From Nymphaea colorata (taxonomy: Eukaryota): a DNA stretch of 64,000 nucleotides. The notes under the pieces are model-generated. The model was not told where the DNA came from. It was given only the letters and a program-made list of their open reading frames with translations, and made no database searches. Positions 52,085 to 64,000 of this stretch are shown in pieces (position 1 is the first letter of the stretch; every line of letters starts with the position of its first letter). Location: positions 36,332,001 through 36,396,000 of the forward strand of contig NC_045138.2 of NCBI RefSeq assembly GCF_008831285.2, written 5' to 3'. The position numbers were made by a program, and so were the translations under genes.

Positions 52085-54725
52085 ACCACTTGACATTTAC
52101 ATCAAGGAAGCTAAAGCTTTCTTTCTAGCAGTCTGCAAGAAATTTCAATGGTATTTTAGCACCTGAAAGATAGCAATACAGGTAAATTTGTGTTGCATAA
52201 TCCAATAATGCCTCTGATAGATCATTAGTTGATACCAACTAAAAAAAAAAATCATGAGACATCGTTTTAGCTATAAGAAACAAGTGAGATATGTAGAATA
52301 TTAGCGTCTTCTACTGTTGACTGTTTTACCCTGACATGGAGCTGACAACTCCTTCTTCCACAAGAGTGATTAAATGAATATCAGCAGGTGCAACAAAAGC
52401 AGTGTACCAATAAAGCCAAATAAACAGAAAATATACTTTGTATCTAAATAAACTTACTTACAATCAACTGAATTCTGATTCTTTATATGTTTTGCTGATC
52501 TATATCCAATATATTTGCAACAGTAGGTGGGACACCTGTAAGGTTTGAATGGCGAAAAGTATAAATCTTGATTTCCTGTCATAAATCTTAACAAAACTAA
52601 TTGGTGAACAAAATGGTAAAAGGTTTAGTACTTAATCCAAAAAAATATATCTTTTTGCCCCCACATTCCTGAGATAAGGACAACAGTAACACAGGAAGTT
52701 CAGAGACATACCAAATTAGATAATATTTCGGGAAATGGATTGAAGCTAGTGAGTTCTATATTCAGGAATTAATCAGAACAGTCTGCCCGAACATCAGAAA
52801 TTTATCTAACAAAACCACCATTTTGGACCATCAATAGCGATTCTAAGCAATCTCCATAACAGCTCACAATACACAAAATAAACGAATATCTGAACCCAAT
52901 TACAAGGTGATTCTCTCGAACAAAACTTTGACCTGCATAGACATTGAAAGAAAGTATCCAGTTCAATGAAATGCCAGCATGAAAGAAGTCCAAGAAAATA
53001 CAGTTTGTATCTAGATAAACCTACTTACTTTCAATTGACTTCTGGCTTTTTATATGTTTAGTGGGATCTATATCCAATCCATTTGTAACAGTAGGTGGAA
53101 CACCTGAAAGATTCGAAAGTAGGACCCCGGAGACAGGAATCGGGTTTGATCATGTCAATGCATTAGCCAAAATTGGTGGACACTAGATCTGCAAACATGT
53201 GGAATCCAGGACACACAAGTATATCAAATTGAATTTGATGCAGCCAAAAGTGACAACCATTGTACTAAATCTGGCCCATTTGCAACTCTATAAAATGGCA
53301 TATAAATATCAGTATTAAGTGAAGAAGCTGACCCCAAGAAAAAAAAAAGGCATAAAAAGAACATGTGCACCAGAGTAAAAGAAACCAAAATATGAGAAGG
53401 ACAAAAGCTAAAGAAACTACTTGCATTATAATTCTCATTCAGGTGGATTTCAATTGCTGTTTCTTGAGAACCTCCCATCTTCGTAGTGGAAGTGGCTACT
53501 TGATTTTATACAATGATGGCCACCAAATTTCCCATTCATGTTCCATGCTTTTTGATGGTGACAAATGTCTTTTCACCCTCAAAATGGATATGATGGTGGT
53601 GTTTCACTAAACAGCAAGCATGATTTTTAAATACAAGAGTTCAATGCAGCATGAAGTATATGTCCAACAAATAATACAATACTGTCCAACAATTTAATTT
53701 TTGAAGCAACTACTATACCAGTCTATGAATCAAAATAATAGTTAGCTTCAGTAAAATTAAATCCAATCCACAGCCCTATCCAACAATTACTGAAGAGCAG
53801 CCTTGGCTTCCTCAAGAGTTTCAACTGCATGACCAACTTGAAATGGTATCTTTTGAATGTTGAACTGCATATGAAAGTGAAACCAGATTTGGCAGGCAAA
53901 AAATTATAATTTTAATAATAGAAACTCATATCTGGGTGGTCTCCATCTGGGTATCTCAGAAGAGATTAAGTATAAAAAATTCCACTGAAGTTTAGAGTTC
54001 AACAAATAAGAGAAAAATCCTTTCCCATCCTTAAGGGGAGAACATAACTATCTCAAATGGAGTTGCATCGCACGGTGAACAAAAGTGGCATGATTTTTTT
54101 TTCCTCCCCTATAACAGACTGCACATTTGCAGGCCTCCAATTGATTACAAGGCCAAAATTACAAGAAGGACCATCCAGCCTGAGTCTATCATGAACATGT
54201 TTGAATTACCTAGTGATGCCATGAAACATGCATGACATAGTCAACATCACGTATACTATGACAATATGAACATATGCAAATGTAGAGAATGCATCTGTTT
54301 TATCAACCAAGTTATACATATCGTGCTACATATGCCTATTCCATAGCTACCCTACACCGTATCTTGTCGGTTTCATGCTTAAGTTCTCCAGTAGCTGTAA
54401 ACAACTCTTTGTCCTTCAGCCGAATCCTCACCACATAACCTACATAAGTACAACCGAGACAATACCTCAAATAAACTGTAAAAAGAGTCGTGCTTACCTT
54501 AAAGCAAACCGATCATCCATCTTCAAAGCCGCCCTGTGCTTTAGGGTTTAGTCTTCAATGTTGAATAACTCATTCACTATCAATGATAGAGAGCCTTCCC
54601 GATGCCATTCCCCAGCACAAACGGACAGGAGCTGCTTAGTAGAAATTGAAGTCCCCGTATGGTTAACTCCATTTTAGTTTATGAATGAACGATAGGGGGA
54701 AGGTGAGCGGCTGGTTCTCCTCCAT
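52085..54725 (-). pseudogene. Degenerate multi-exon gene or captured exon series, product unidentified
   Basis: AG/GT-bounded protein-like segments: ~54439-54350 (GYVVRIRLKDKELFTATGELKHETDKIR), 53864-53791 (FNIQKIPFQVGHAVETLEEAKAAL), 53103-53029 and its copy 52535-52462, ~52370-52330 (LLWKKELSAPCQ), ~52160-52090 (GAKIPLKFLADC*KESFSFLDVNVK). In-frame stops are present. Confidence 0.5.
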
Positions 54726-55334
54726 GGTGAATCGCGAGGGCAGCAGGGTTGAGCGCAAAAAGGTCTTCAAAGATAAAAAGATATAAATCTCCCTCTCCCC
54801 CTCCCTCCCCTCTCCCTCTCAGTGAGAGGACATCGCTGCTGCGCGTCTCCTCTATGATTCAGACTTCGTCGACCCAACGAAATGTCTGCCTCAAAGACGG
54901 AGCTAAGAGAGCGATGGCGCAACATTATCTTTGGAGGAACGTTTATTTAGGGAAAGGCCGGCGGTGAGCTTCTGTGACCCAAAGCCGACACAGGGTCTTC
55001 CATGTGTCGGGAACAACATGCCGTGGGAGGTGAAATATGGCGTATTGAGCCGTTATTAAAACTTTAAACATTAGCCGTTGGTTGCCGCGCAAATTTAGGG
55101 ACACCCACCTATGTTTCCTCCTTGCCTTGAGTCGATTCAACCACCAACTTTTCGAACTCTTCCGTCCCCTCAAAACCTATCTGCCACTCTCTTCTTCCCT
55201 TCTTAGTTTTTTCCTTCCAAATCCACTCTGTAGACACTCTTTTCTTTCCCTTCATTCATGTTTCTTATACATGTCTCACATTTCCCCCCGTTTTCCACGC
55301 CAAGACTTCTGCAACATTCACCCCCTTCTTCTCC

Positions 55335-58300
55335 ATGGGGAGTTGTTTCTCCCATGGAAAGCAGGCCCAGAATCCTCCGGCATCCGCCCAAGATGCTGAC
55401 GCCGATGGCTGCAAGGCTGTCGACAACGTCGATGATGCCGTTTCACCCCCAGAAACTTCTGCTCCTGCAAATTCACCCCCAAATGCAGCGCCATCTCCTC
55501 CAAATCCGGGACCTATAGGCCCCGTTCTCGGTCGGCCCATGGAAGATGTCCGTGACACCTACACGATCGGGAAGGAGCTGGGACGAGGCCAATTTGGTGT
55601 GACCCATTTGTGCACCCACAAGGTTACAGGCCAGAAATTTGCCTGCAAGGTGATCGCTAAGCGGAGGCTCGTCAATAAGGAAGACATCGAGGATGTCCGC
55701 CGGGAAGTTCAGATCATGCATCACCTCAGCGGGCAGCCCAATGTTGTTGAATTGAAGGGCGCCTATGAAGATAAGCATTCCGTTAACTTGGTGATGGAAC
55801 TTTGCGCCGGCGGCGAGCTCTTCGATCGGATAATTGCACGAGGGCACTACACGGAGAGAGCGGCAGCGGCCCTCCTCCGGACCATTGTGCAGATTGTTCA
55901 TACTTGCCACTCCATGGGGGTCATGCATCGAGATCTAAAGCCTGAGAACTTCTTGTTGTTGAGCAAGGATGAACGTGCACCTCTCAAGGCTACCGACTTT
56001 GGTCTCTCTGTTTTCTTCAAGCAAGGTGAGCAGTTGGTTTTCTCTGAACAAGAAAACGGAAAAAAGAACTGCTACCTGTTCCTTATGGTGCTCAGTTGCT
56101 TTTTCGAACAGGAGATATTTTCAAGGACATTGTAGGAACTGCATACTACATAGCACCGGAGGTCTTAAGACGGCGATACGGTCCCGAAGCCGATATTTGG
56201 AGCATCGGAGTAATGTTATTCATCCTTCTAAGCGGGTCCCCTCCATTTCACGCAGGTAGTTTTATACATAAATGCAGTAAATTTCATTCAGTCTACCTCA
56301 TCTTTGTAGAATGTGAAATTACATACGTAAAAATGCATGTCTGAATATAAAAATGTACTCAGCACTTGTAAACTTCAACCAAAATTGAAACAGAGTGCCT
56401 CTTTTTATCATCATTCTTTTCATCCATGTGGAATGCGCAACATAGATTAAAGATGTCAAACCAGCATATGCTGGTCATCAAGAAAGTTCGATGGTTATGA
56501 CTTTTTTACCTTCATCTCTTTTGCATTTGAGCAAGAAGAAATGATTAGAAATGTATTTTCGAATGCAATATTTAGAACTGTTTTTTTTTTATAGACAAAA
56601 TGTTTGTTTATCATGCGCGGTGTGCATTCAAACAAGACTGAGAAAAGGACAACATTGTGAATGGCAACGCAGAAACAGAACATGGGATTTTCAATGCGAT
56701 TCTGAAAGGGCATATCGACTTCACAAGCAAGCCATGGCCATCAATATCACCTGGTGCGAAGGACTTAGTCAGCAAGATGCTAAATGTTGATCCAAGACAG
56801 AGAGTTACAGCATTCCAGGTCCTTAGTAAGTATCTCACAGCAGATAAACATATTCTTGGGCAGGGATCAGATAAATGCAAAGCATTAGGAGGGTGAGCAG
56901 AAAATTTTCGGTGGTTGATTTTAGAGTTCATGCATTTACAGATCACCCATGGATAAAAGAGGACGGTAATGCGCCAAATACGCCATTGGACAATGTAGTA
57001 CTCAATAGACTCAAGCAATTCATGGCAATGAACAAGTTCAAAAGAGTTGCTCTCAAGGTAAAACGTGAACAAATCTCATGTATTCTCTTTTGCATCTCCT
57101 AATACTATTATTACAGTATCAAATTCTATTGTATGGATTCTCATTCTATGTTGCCTGCTGAGACTGGTATAATGAAATGCAGAAGCATGTTAGGATGTTC
57201 TTCATTGGATGATACCCCACAAGTTGCCAACGAAATGAACTCTCATGTCCTTTAGCTACAGTAATTGTGAAAAAAATGAAGACGCATCTTTTCTTTTTTG
57301 ACCCAAACAAGCATGTTCTGGCCATTTGATTGTTTTGATCCTTTTCTATTATGTAGACTAGGGGAAATTTTTTACACAAGAAAACCTAAATTAATAGTTT
57401 TTCTTCCAAACAAGGTCATTAATGAAGCTACGTATCTCTAAGGAATGGCTTACGTTGAGTTCAGGTGATAGCTGGGTGCTTATCGGAAGAGGAAATCATG
57501 GGGTTGAAGGAGATGTTCAAGAACATGGATTCTGATAACAGTGGCACCATCACTTTAGAAGAATTGAGGCGGGGTCTAGCCAAACAAGGTGCAAGGCTTT
57601 CAGAGATTGAAGTCCAACAACTGATAGAAGCGGTAAGTATATTACTATCATCAAATACTTTACCATGAACTCTTCGGGGCCTGGTTCGCATGGGCAACTC
57701 ATTCTTGTTAGAAACTGTCCTACTGATGGTGCTATTCAAACAATTACAGGCAGATGCTGATGGCAACGGAACCATTGATTATGAAGAGTTTATCACAGCC
57801 ACGATGCACATGAACAGAATGGACAGGGAAGAGCATCTATATACAGCATTCCAATACTTTGACAAAGATAACAGCGGGTATGCAGCCAATATTCAGTAGG
57901 GAATGAATGCACTTTTTTTGTGAGGGAAAAAGGTTTATAACGAGGGTCATAGGATGTTGTGAAATCTCATATTTTGCATCTTTATTCACAGATACATCAC
58001 CAAAGAAGAGTTGGAGCAAGCTCTAAAAGAGTACGACATGCATGATGGGAGGGACATCAAGGACATCATAGCAGAAGTTGATAATGATAATGTAAGTGAA
58101 TGTATGACAAAATTTGCAATTACAGTTTTTTTACTTGCTTATAGTTTGTATGTAGTCCCTTCACTTCCACTGTCAAAAACTTCAGACCCAAAAAAAAAAA
58201 AAAATTATGAGATTGAGGCTTCCCCAATATTGTTTTGCCTTCTACGTTCTCTTTTAATTTCCTCATCTCTCGAGCATGTTAACATCTCAAGGTTTCACAA

Positions 58301-58482
58301 GAGATCAACAAGAAAAGAAAACTCCAACAAGGAGGAACATGATTTCTGCGAGCCTCAATAGCGTTGATATATTGTTTAATTTGGAACAGGATGGAAGGAT
58401 CAATTATGACGAATTTGTGGCTATGATGAGGAAAGGAAACCCAGAAACAGCCCCTAAGAAGCGCCGCCACGACTTCCGATAA
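55335..58482 (+). CDS. Calcium-dependent protein kinase, CPK17/CPK34-like, ~530 aa
   Basis: Exons 55335-56025, 56112-56255, 56673-56825, 56942-57057, 57465-57632, 57750-57877, 57992-58091, 58390-58482 total 1593 nt. MGSC acylation motif, [17 protein letters not shown], junction domain, four EF-hands. Confidence 0.95.
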
Positions 58483-60059
58483 GTGCCATGAAGATCAAGA
58501 TCAGAGATTTCTTCGAGATTCCTGGAGTTTCTTTGTCAGGGCATCATCATGGCAGACTGGTCAAAGGCAATGGGTATGCTCAGAATGGATAAGAAATGAG
58601 CGCACAAGTCCAATCATCAGGGCTTGCTCTGCCTTCCAGATGATCAATCGAACACCAAGTTTCGTGGCAGATGAAATTGTGTGGAACGGGTGATTCTACA
58701 GAGGACGATGACGGGGAAAGAGGAAAGGATGTAAACGGGCAATTTGGTAACAGTGCGGGAGTCTCAGATGTAGTTTCATGTATATATAATCTCTTTTCTT
58801 CACATCTTGTCAATTCAAGAAAAGAAAGGGTTACAAGGAGACCACCGCAACCGGATCAACACCAGGAATAAGTAAATCAAGATTACCAAATACAGAAAAC
58901 AACATGGATAGTAGAACGCATTGAGAATTGCAAGAAGAAGAGATGCCCATACGCAATATGACTGATAAAAATGCAACAAGGACGGCAAATTTCGGTGTTA
59001 TTCCGAATAAATCTGACGACGTTTTGCGAAAAAATAGAGACGTTCTTAACTTTTAGAAATAAAGTTGAGAAGAATTATACTCGAATCCCCAATATACATT
59101 GTATCCGTTATGAATCTGTTAAAAAAATTAATAAAAAAACAGAGATCCGTGTAAAAAGAATAATCATTAAAATAAGGAAGACCTTAGCAATATCTAATAT
59201 TTAATAAAATAAAAAAACATTTAAGCGATTCTGGAATTGATTAATGGCGGAGGGAGGCGGTTTCCATGGGGTGGGCGTCTGGGGTAGGCCGGTAGCGGCC
59301 GGGACGGCCGGAGGACAAACCGGAACATGTAATTTGTTTAGAACCATTTCAGTTTTCAATGAATTTTTGGTTGATTCAAGCACAAGGTCAGGGGAGCAAG
59401 TGGGTCAGACACACGCAAATCTGCAACAAGCAATTAATATATACGTTTACAGAAATATTCAGTTTCACGTATGATTTATTCACAAGTTTTACGTCTGATT
59501 TCACCATTAATATTCATATGTTTCTGAATTTACAGTTAAGATATAACTATTACCATATACGTCAGCTCTGCAGTTGCTTAATTTGACCAAAAAAATGGGT
59601 TCTGATTCAGATTCAAGTAACCAAATATACAGGTTGTATTGTATCTTAATTTTTAGACGCAGTCAAAGCCTAAAATCAAATATCTTTTGGATTTGCTCAA
59701 AGAAAAGGCATATACGAGATCCGTGTGCATCCGATAATTGTCGGATGTGAATATTGTTAATAAATCCAAATATTTCAATTGGTACGATGTGGATATTGAA
59801 TACATTATATCCGAACGCATGGTAAGCTACTTATTCAAAACCTAGATGAAAATTATGTCTCTTGATAATGATTTAGTTATTTGTGTAATGTGATGCGCAT
59901 TTCTAATACTCCATATGGTACTTATAAGGCAGGTTGCTTTGCTTAGTTTGGGGAACATTTGATACTTGTCATTTTTAGCCTTTAAGTATACTCCACATGT
60001 TTAATACGAAAAAGAGGATACGGGTAGCAAAGTTCCAATACGAAAGCACGAAGTTGAAT

Positions 60060-60113
<54 letters not shown>

Positions 60114-60701
60114 CTTAGAGTAACAAATATGAGATTTTTAGGATAAAATAAAAACCAATTAAAAATTTTTAATATATATATAGGTGGCTTTGAATTTGAG
60201 GTTTGCTTGATTCTTGACGTCTCACTGAGCCTAGACAAGGCCAAGCAACAACTGCAATAAGAAAGCCCCTTCCGATACTCCGTTCTTATCTTGAAGTTAT
60301 ATTTTAATATTTTCCATTTGTTTGGTTGTGGAAAACTTTTTTTAACATAAAAAAAAAAGATCTTTTTGGGGTCTGATTGAAAGCAAACGTTTATATTCCC
60401 ATGTCCTGTATTCAAGTTTCCTTTTTTTTTTTTTTTTTGAATTTGTTACAGCGAGCAATAACTGCCGTTCATGCATCTTCCCAACATAGCATACGCCTAA
60501 ACAGCGGCAGTGATTCTTATAAAATTTCAAGATCCCATCAACCTGGTCACACTCATTAATCACTTCAACAAAATTGCTGAGCCTGCATTCCTTTGTCCTG
60601 CCGTGCCTTCGGTAATTTTTCTATTTCGATTTTTTTTTGTGTTTCAACAAGTAATAAATACATGTTATAAAAAACATAAATTATTTTTCCATCAACTCTC
60701 T

Positions 60702-60742
<41 letters not shown>

Positions 60743-60809
60743 CTTAGCTTCTATAATGACACATTTAATCTCAAACTCAACAATCCTCACCACGATCAAC
60801 ATAGCATAG

Positions 60810-60885
60810 CAGTATCCGAGATTTGAACTAATAACCTAACTATAACACACTACCCAATTCAACTCAACCAGTTGCGCTACTTTTA
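60810..60885 (-). mobile_element. tRNA-like SINE head, degenerate
   Basis: Minus-strand A-box-like TAGCGCAACTGG (60879-60868) and B-box-like GTTCAAATC (60828-60820); no cloverleaf or TSD identified. Confidence 0.4.
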
Positions 60886-62384
60886 GATGAGAGAAAAATA
60901 TATTTACTTTCATTTGCTTTACATAATTGAAAAAACATGATATTTAATAAATGTTTTCATTTTGATTCCTTGCTAATTAAAACAAGCTTTTCATTTATTT
61001 TCTCTTCATGATTTTCCCACATTTTCCTTTGTTTTTTCCCATTTCATTTCTATCATTTACTTTCAGTTCCTCCCCATCTTGATAGCGGGAAAAAGAGTCT
61101 CAGATGTGTTTGCACGTTGCCCGAAAGAGTGGGATTTTACTCAACTTAGTGAGAGGTTATGTGTTCAATCATCTTGCCATTAAGTCCCATTTAAAGAAAT
61201 GCGTTTGAAGAGCAAAGCGATCAACGCCACATTTTTGGAAGAAACCGCTTCTCCGGTCATGGTCAAACAGAGGAAAAAGGCCAATAATACTTCAGAAACG
61301 GGTCGGATCGACCCGAAACCAATCCAAACTTTAACTTCTCACAACACCAGACTCCACCCAACTTTCCCAATGAGCAGCGTCCGAGCTGGGAAAAAACAAG
61401 TTCGGAGTATCGGGTCCAGTTTAGTGGATCCGATCCATTCCTCACCGCGTTCGAAAAGGTATTGCTGTAATAGAAGACAACGTGCAAGGGTGTTATGATA
61501 ATTGAGTTCAAATAAAGAACAATGAGAGAGGTTGGAAGGCTCCATACGTCACCCGGTATAATAATATATTCATTTTTTATTTCGATAAATAAATAAATTT
61601 GGGTTTAGTTTGAAAATGATGTTGCGGAGAGGGGAGGCAAATAAAATAATAAACGGGAAAATGAAAAAGGAAAATTTTTGGGGACGAGTCAAAGGCGCTC
61701 CTTTGTTTCTCTCTCTTTCTCATCGGATGTGTATCAGTGGTGGTAGGGGAAAGGCGAGGTTTTTCTTTTGGGGGCGTTGTCAGGGTTTTTGGAAGCCTCT
61801 AGATGGTAGGGTTCTGTCTGTAGGGAAATTGGGTCGTCTTTGGCTCTTGTTCCTGCAGCAGAAGGTGGATTTGGCCGTTCTGTACTGAAGTAGTTCTCTC
61901 TTTTTTTTTTTGTTTGTGTTAGTGTGAGGGAGATGGAGTTTGTGTTTTGGTGGTAGTGGAATCCTTGTTTTTTAGTTTTCTGGGCAGCATGATTTTTAGT
62001 TTTCTGGGCAGCATGATTGCTTGGGCTTAGTATGCTGCTGCTGATGGTGGATTTAATGCGGTCAGATTTACCTTACGAGTATTGGGGTTCTTCGGGTCTT
62101 GGTGAGAGCTGAGATCTTATTGAGCTTCTCTTTTTCCTTGAGGTCCTCCTTGGAGAGTTTAGCCTAATAAAGATTAGGCTTTGATTGATTTGTTGGTGGG
62201 TTTTCTGCTTGTCGTCTGTGGACTTCGTCCTTCATTTGCTCTTTCTCTGTTGGTGAATTTTGGTCGGGTTTTGCTTTGGGGGCTGTGTTCTTTGGGGTTG
62301 TATGTGGTTGTGAGATGATAATGGTGGCGGATTGACCGATGGGTAGTAGTGTGCGTTGAAGATGGTAAAACGGACGCATTCGGA

Positions 62385-63842
62385 ATGCAGAGCTTCATTC
62401 CTTCTCTGGGGGCGGCATATTCTCTGTAATTTTTCATTCCCACCAACCTTCTTAGTTTTCAGTTTTCGTTTCTTTTTGAAGAGGAATGGTACCTTGTCTC
62501 ATACTGGCCTATGATTAGTTTTTTAAGAATTTTTCATCTTGTTGCATTGTGGGTAATGGTAGCCTCAGAAGAAGAGCTTGCAAAGAATCGTGTAAAATGG
62601 AGCTTTTCTCCCTCATCTCCTCTTTTGTCATGCTCGAATTCTATGTATTTCATACCAAGAGCCTTCGTAGCCTGCCACCTTCTGTGCTCCTTTTGCCATT
62701 TTTTTTAATGCTGTTGTATCTTTTCTCGTTTCTACTTCTATCCGAAGCTGAATTCCTAGTCACCTCTTCTGTTTTCGACTTTTGTCTTGTTCTGAATCTG
62801 TGGTACTTCATGTTATGATCATACATCGGTAATACATGTTTTGATTAATCTAAGAGAACATTTCAGCAGAGTTCATGCAGACTTAATTCAACTGATTTTT
62901 CCCAAAAGTCTTGATTCATATGCTTCAACTGCCCGTTGCATAGAGTTTAGAGGTTTACTGTCAGTTACTCACTTCCATCTGTCAATTTCATCTTTGATCC
63001 CCTTTTGCTGGCTTGCTTATCTTATTTGCATTCCTCAGTGGCGCAGAGGGGAACCGTGGCCATTCTCGAGCTGCTGATGTTGTGATTCTCGAGCAACCAG
63101 ATGGATTTCGTTCAGAGGATGTAGCTTGTACGCACTTCAAGCCATTTTCTGGTTTTTACATTCACTGTATTTTCTCGAATATCTTTTTGAGATGTATATT
63201 TGGAAAGAATAAGTGTCATGGAAGAAGCACAAAAAATCAAGTTATTTTGTGTTTTCTTTCTACACATTTGTGCATGCAAGTGCTTTGAATAAGTATGTGG
63301 GCAAGTGACGGAAATGGAAGCAGTTAATGGCCTTTGTGAAGACATCATTCAGAAATCAGGCTAGAATTGGAGTTCCATCTTCTCCAATACTTGTAGGAGT
63401 TAGTGGCCCAAAGAAGGCAGAGAGCAGTACTTATAGAATCTGGTTTCTTTGTTGTTAATTCCCCAATTTCACTTTTGCAGACCCTTATTATAATCCAAAG
63501 TCAGGGAGCCCTAGCATCACCTCTGATTCTTATCAATTCGGAAGTTCGAATAAGGTGTGCAGAGTCGTCCATTTAAGCATTAAAAAAGTGTATTTATTTT
63601 TACATTTTTTGAGTATCATTATTGAATTTGATATGTTGACCAATCAGACATCTCCTTCAAGCAACACTCCTTCTACAGCTGCCATTGGGTCTCATTGTTT
63701 ATCTGCACAAAGAGGACGACAGGCTAGTCTTGGTTCTAGCTCCAGTGCACAATTGGACAGTTGGGGAGAATCCACAATGGCAGATACCAGTCCTCGCACT
63801 GATACGTCAACTGATATTGATCCTGATGAGAAGAATCAACGG
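62385..63842 (+). CDS. TGA2-clade bZIP transcription factor, 5' exons only; continues beyond the window
   Basis: Exons 62385-62425, 63039-63127, 63481-63554, 63648-63842 join in frame and end WGESTMADTSPRTDTSTDIDPDEKNQR, the motif that precedes the bZIP in TGA2/5/6-type proteins. Confidence 0.8.
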
Positions 63843-64000
63843 GTGATGTTGCTACATTCAGTTTGTCTGGTGTCACTGTTAAGATGTTTCTTGTATTTCT
63901 TTTTCTTGTCATTGACAAGTTCTTTTTGTCCTATATAATCAGGTTTCATGGTCATAATTCTTCATACAAGGGATTAGTATCTTCTATCTAGTTCCGTAAA

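Noticed and set aside
54960..55110. Possible MULE TIR bounding the exon mosaic
   Set aside because: No matching inverted copy found on the other side; more likely CDPK promoter sequence.
55473..55928. 151-aa minus-strand ORF
   Set aside because: Antisense shadow of CDPK exon 1.

Overview
Eukaryotic flowering-plant nuclear DNA with spliced genes, microsatellites and transposons; species not determined. Genes supported by the sequence, with exon boundaries read by hand: the 3' part of an O-fucosyltransferase-family (EDA30-like) gene; an Sfp/AASDHPPT-type 4'-phosphopantetheinyl transferase (PPTase) followed 194 bp later by an intronless PLS-E PPR gene; a kinase-less SERK-like LRR1-type gene; a small Cys-rich At5g64816-like gene; a MYB-CC/PHR1-like factor; a VQ-motif gene; tRNA-Ala(CGC); a CPK17/34-like calcium-dependent protein kinase; and the 5' part of a TGA2-clade bZIP gene. 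Mobile DNA includes a complete but defective Ty1/copia element (249-bp LTRs, 5-bp TSD), two tRNA-derived SINEs with TSDs, a CACTA-like derivative and several MITEs. The best unexplained signals are: (1) the PPTase stop codon lies inside a splice donor that could join in frame to the PPR ORF; (2) a minus-strand mosaic of degenerate exons, with a duplicated exon and a receptor-kinase fragment, at 51.8-54.7 kb; (3) a duplicated pseudo-exon in the EDA30-like gene; (4) a frameshifted N-terminus and uORF cluster in the TGA gene. No database searches were run, and no new system is proven by the sequence alone.
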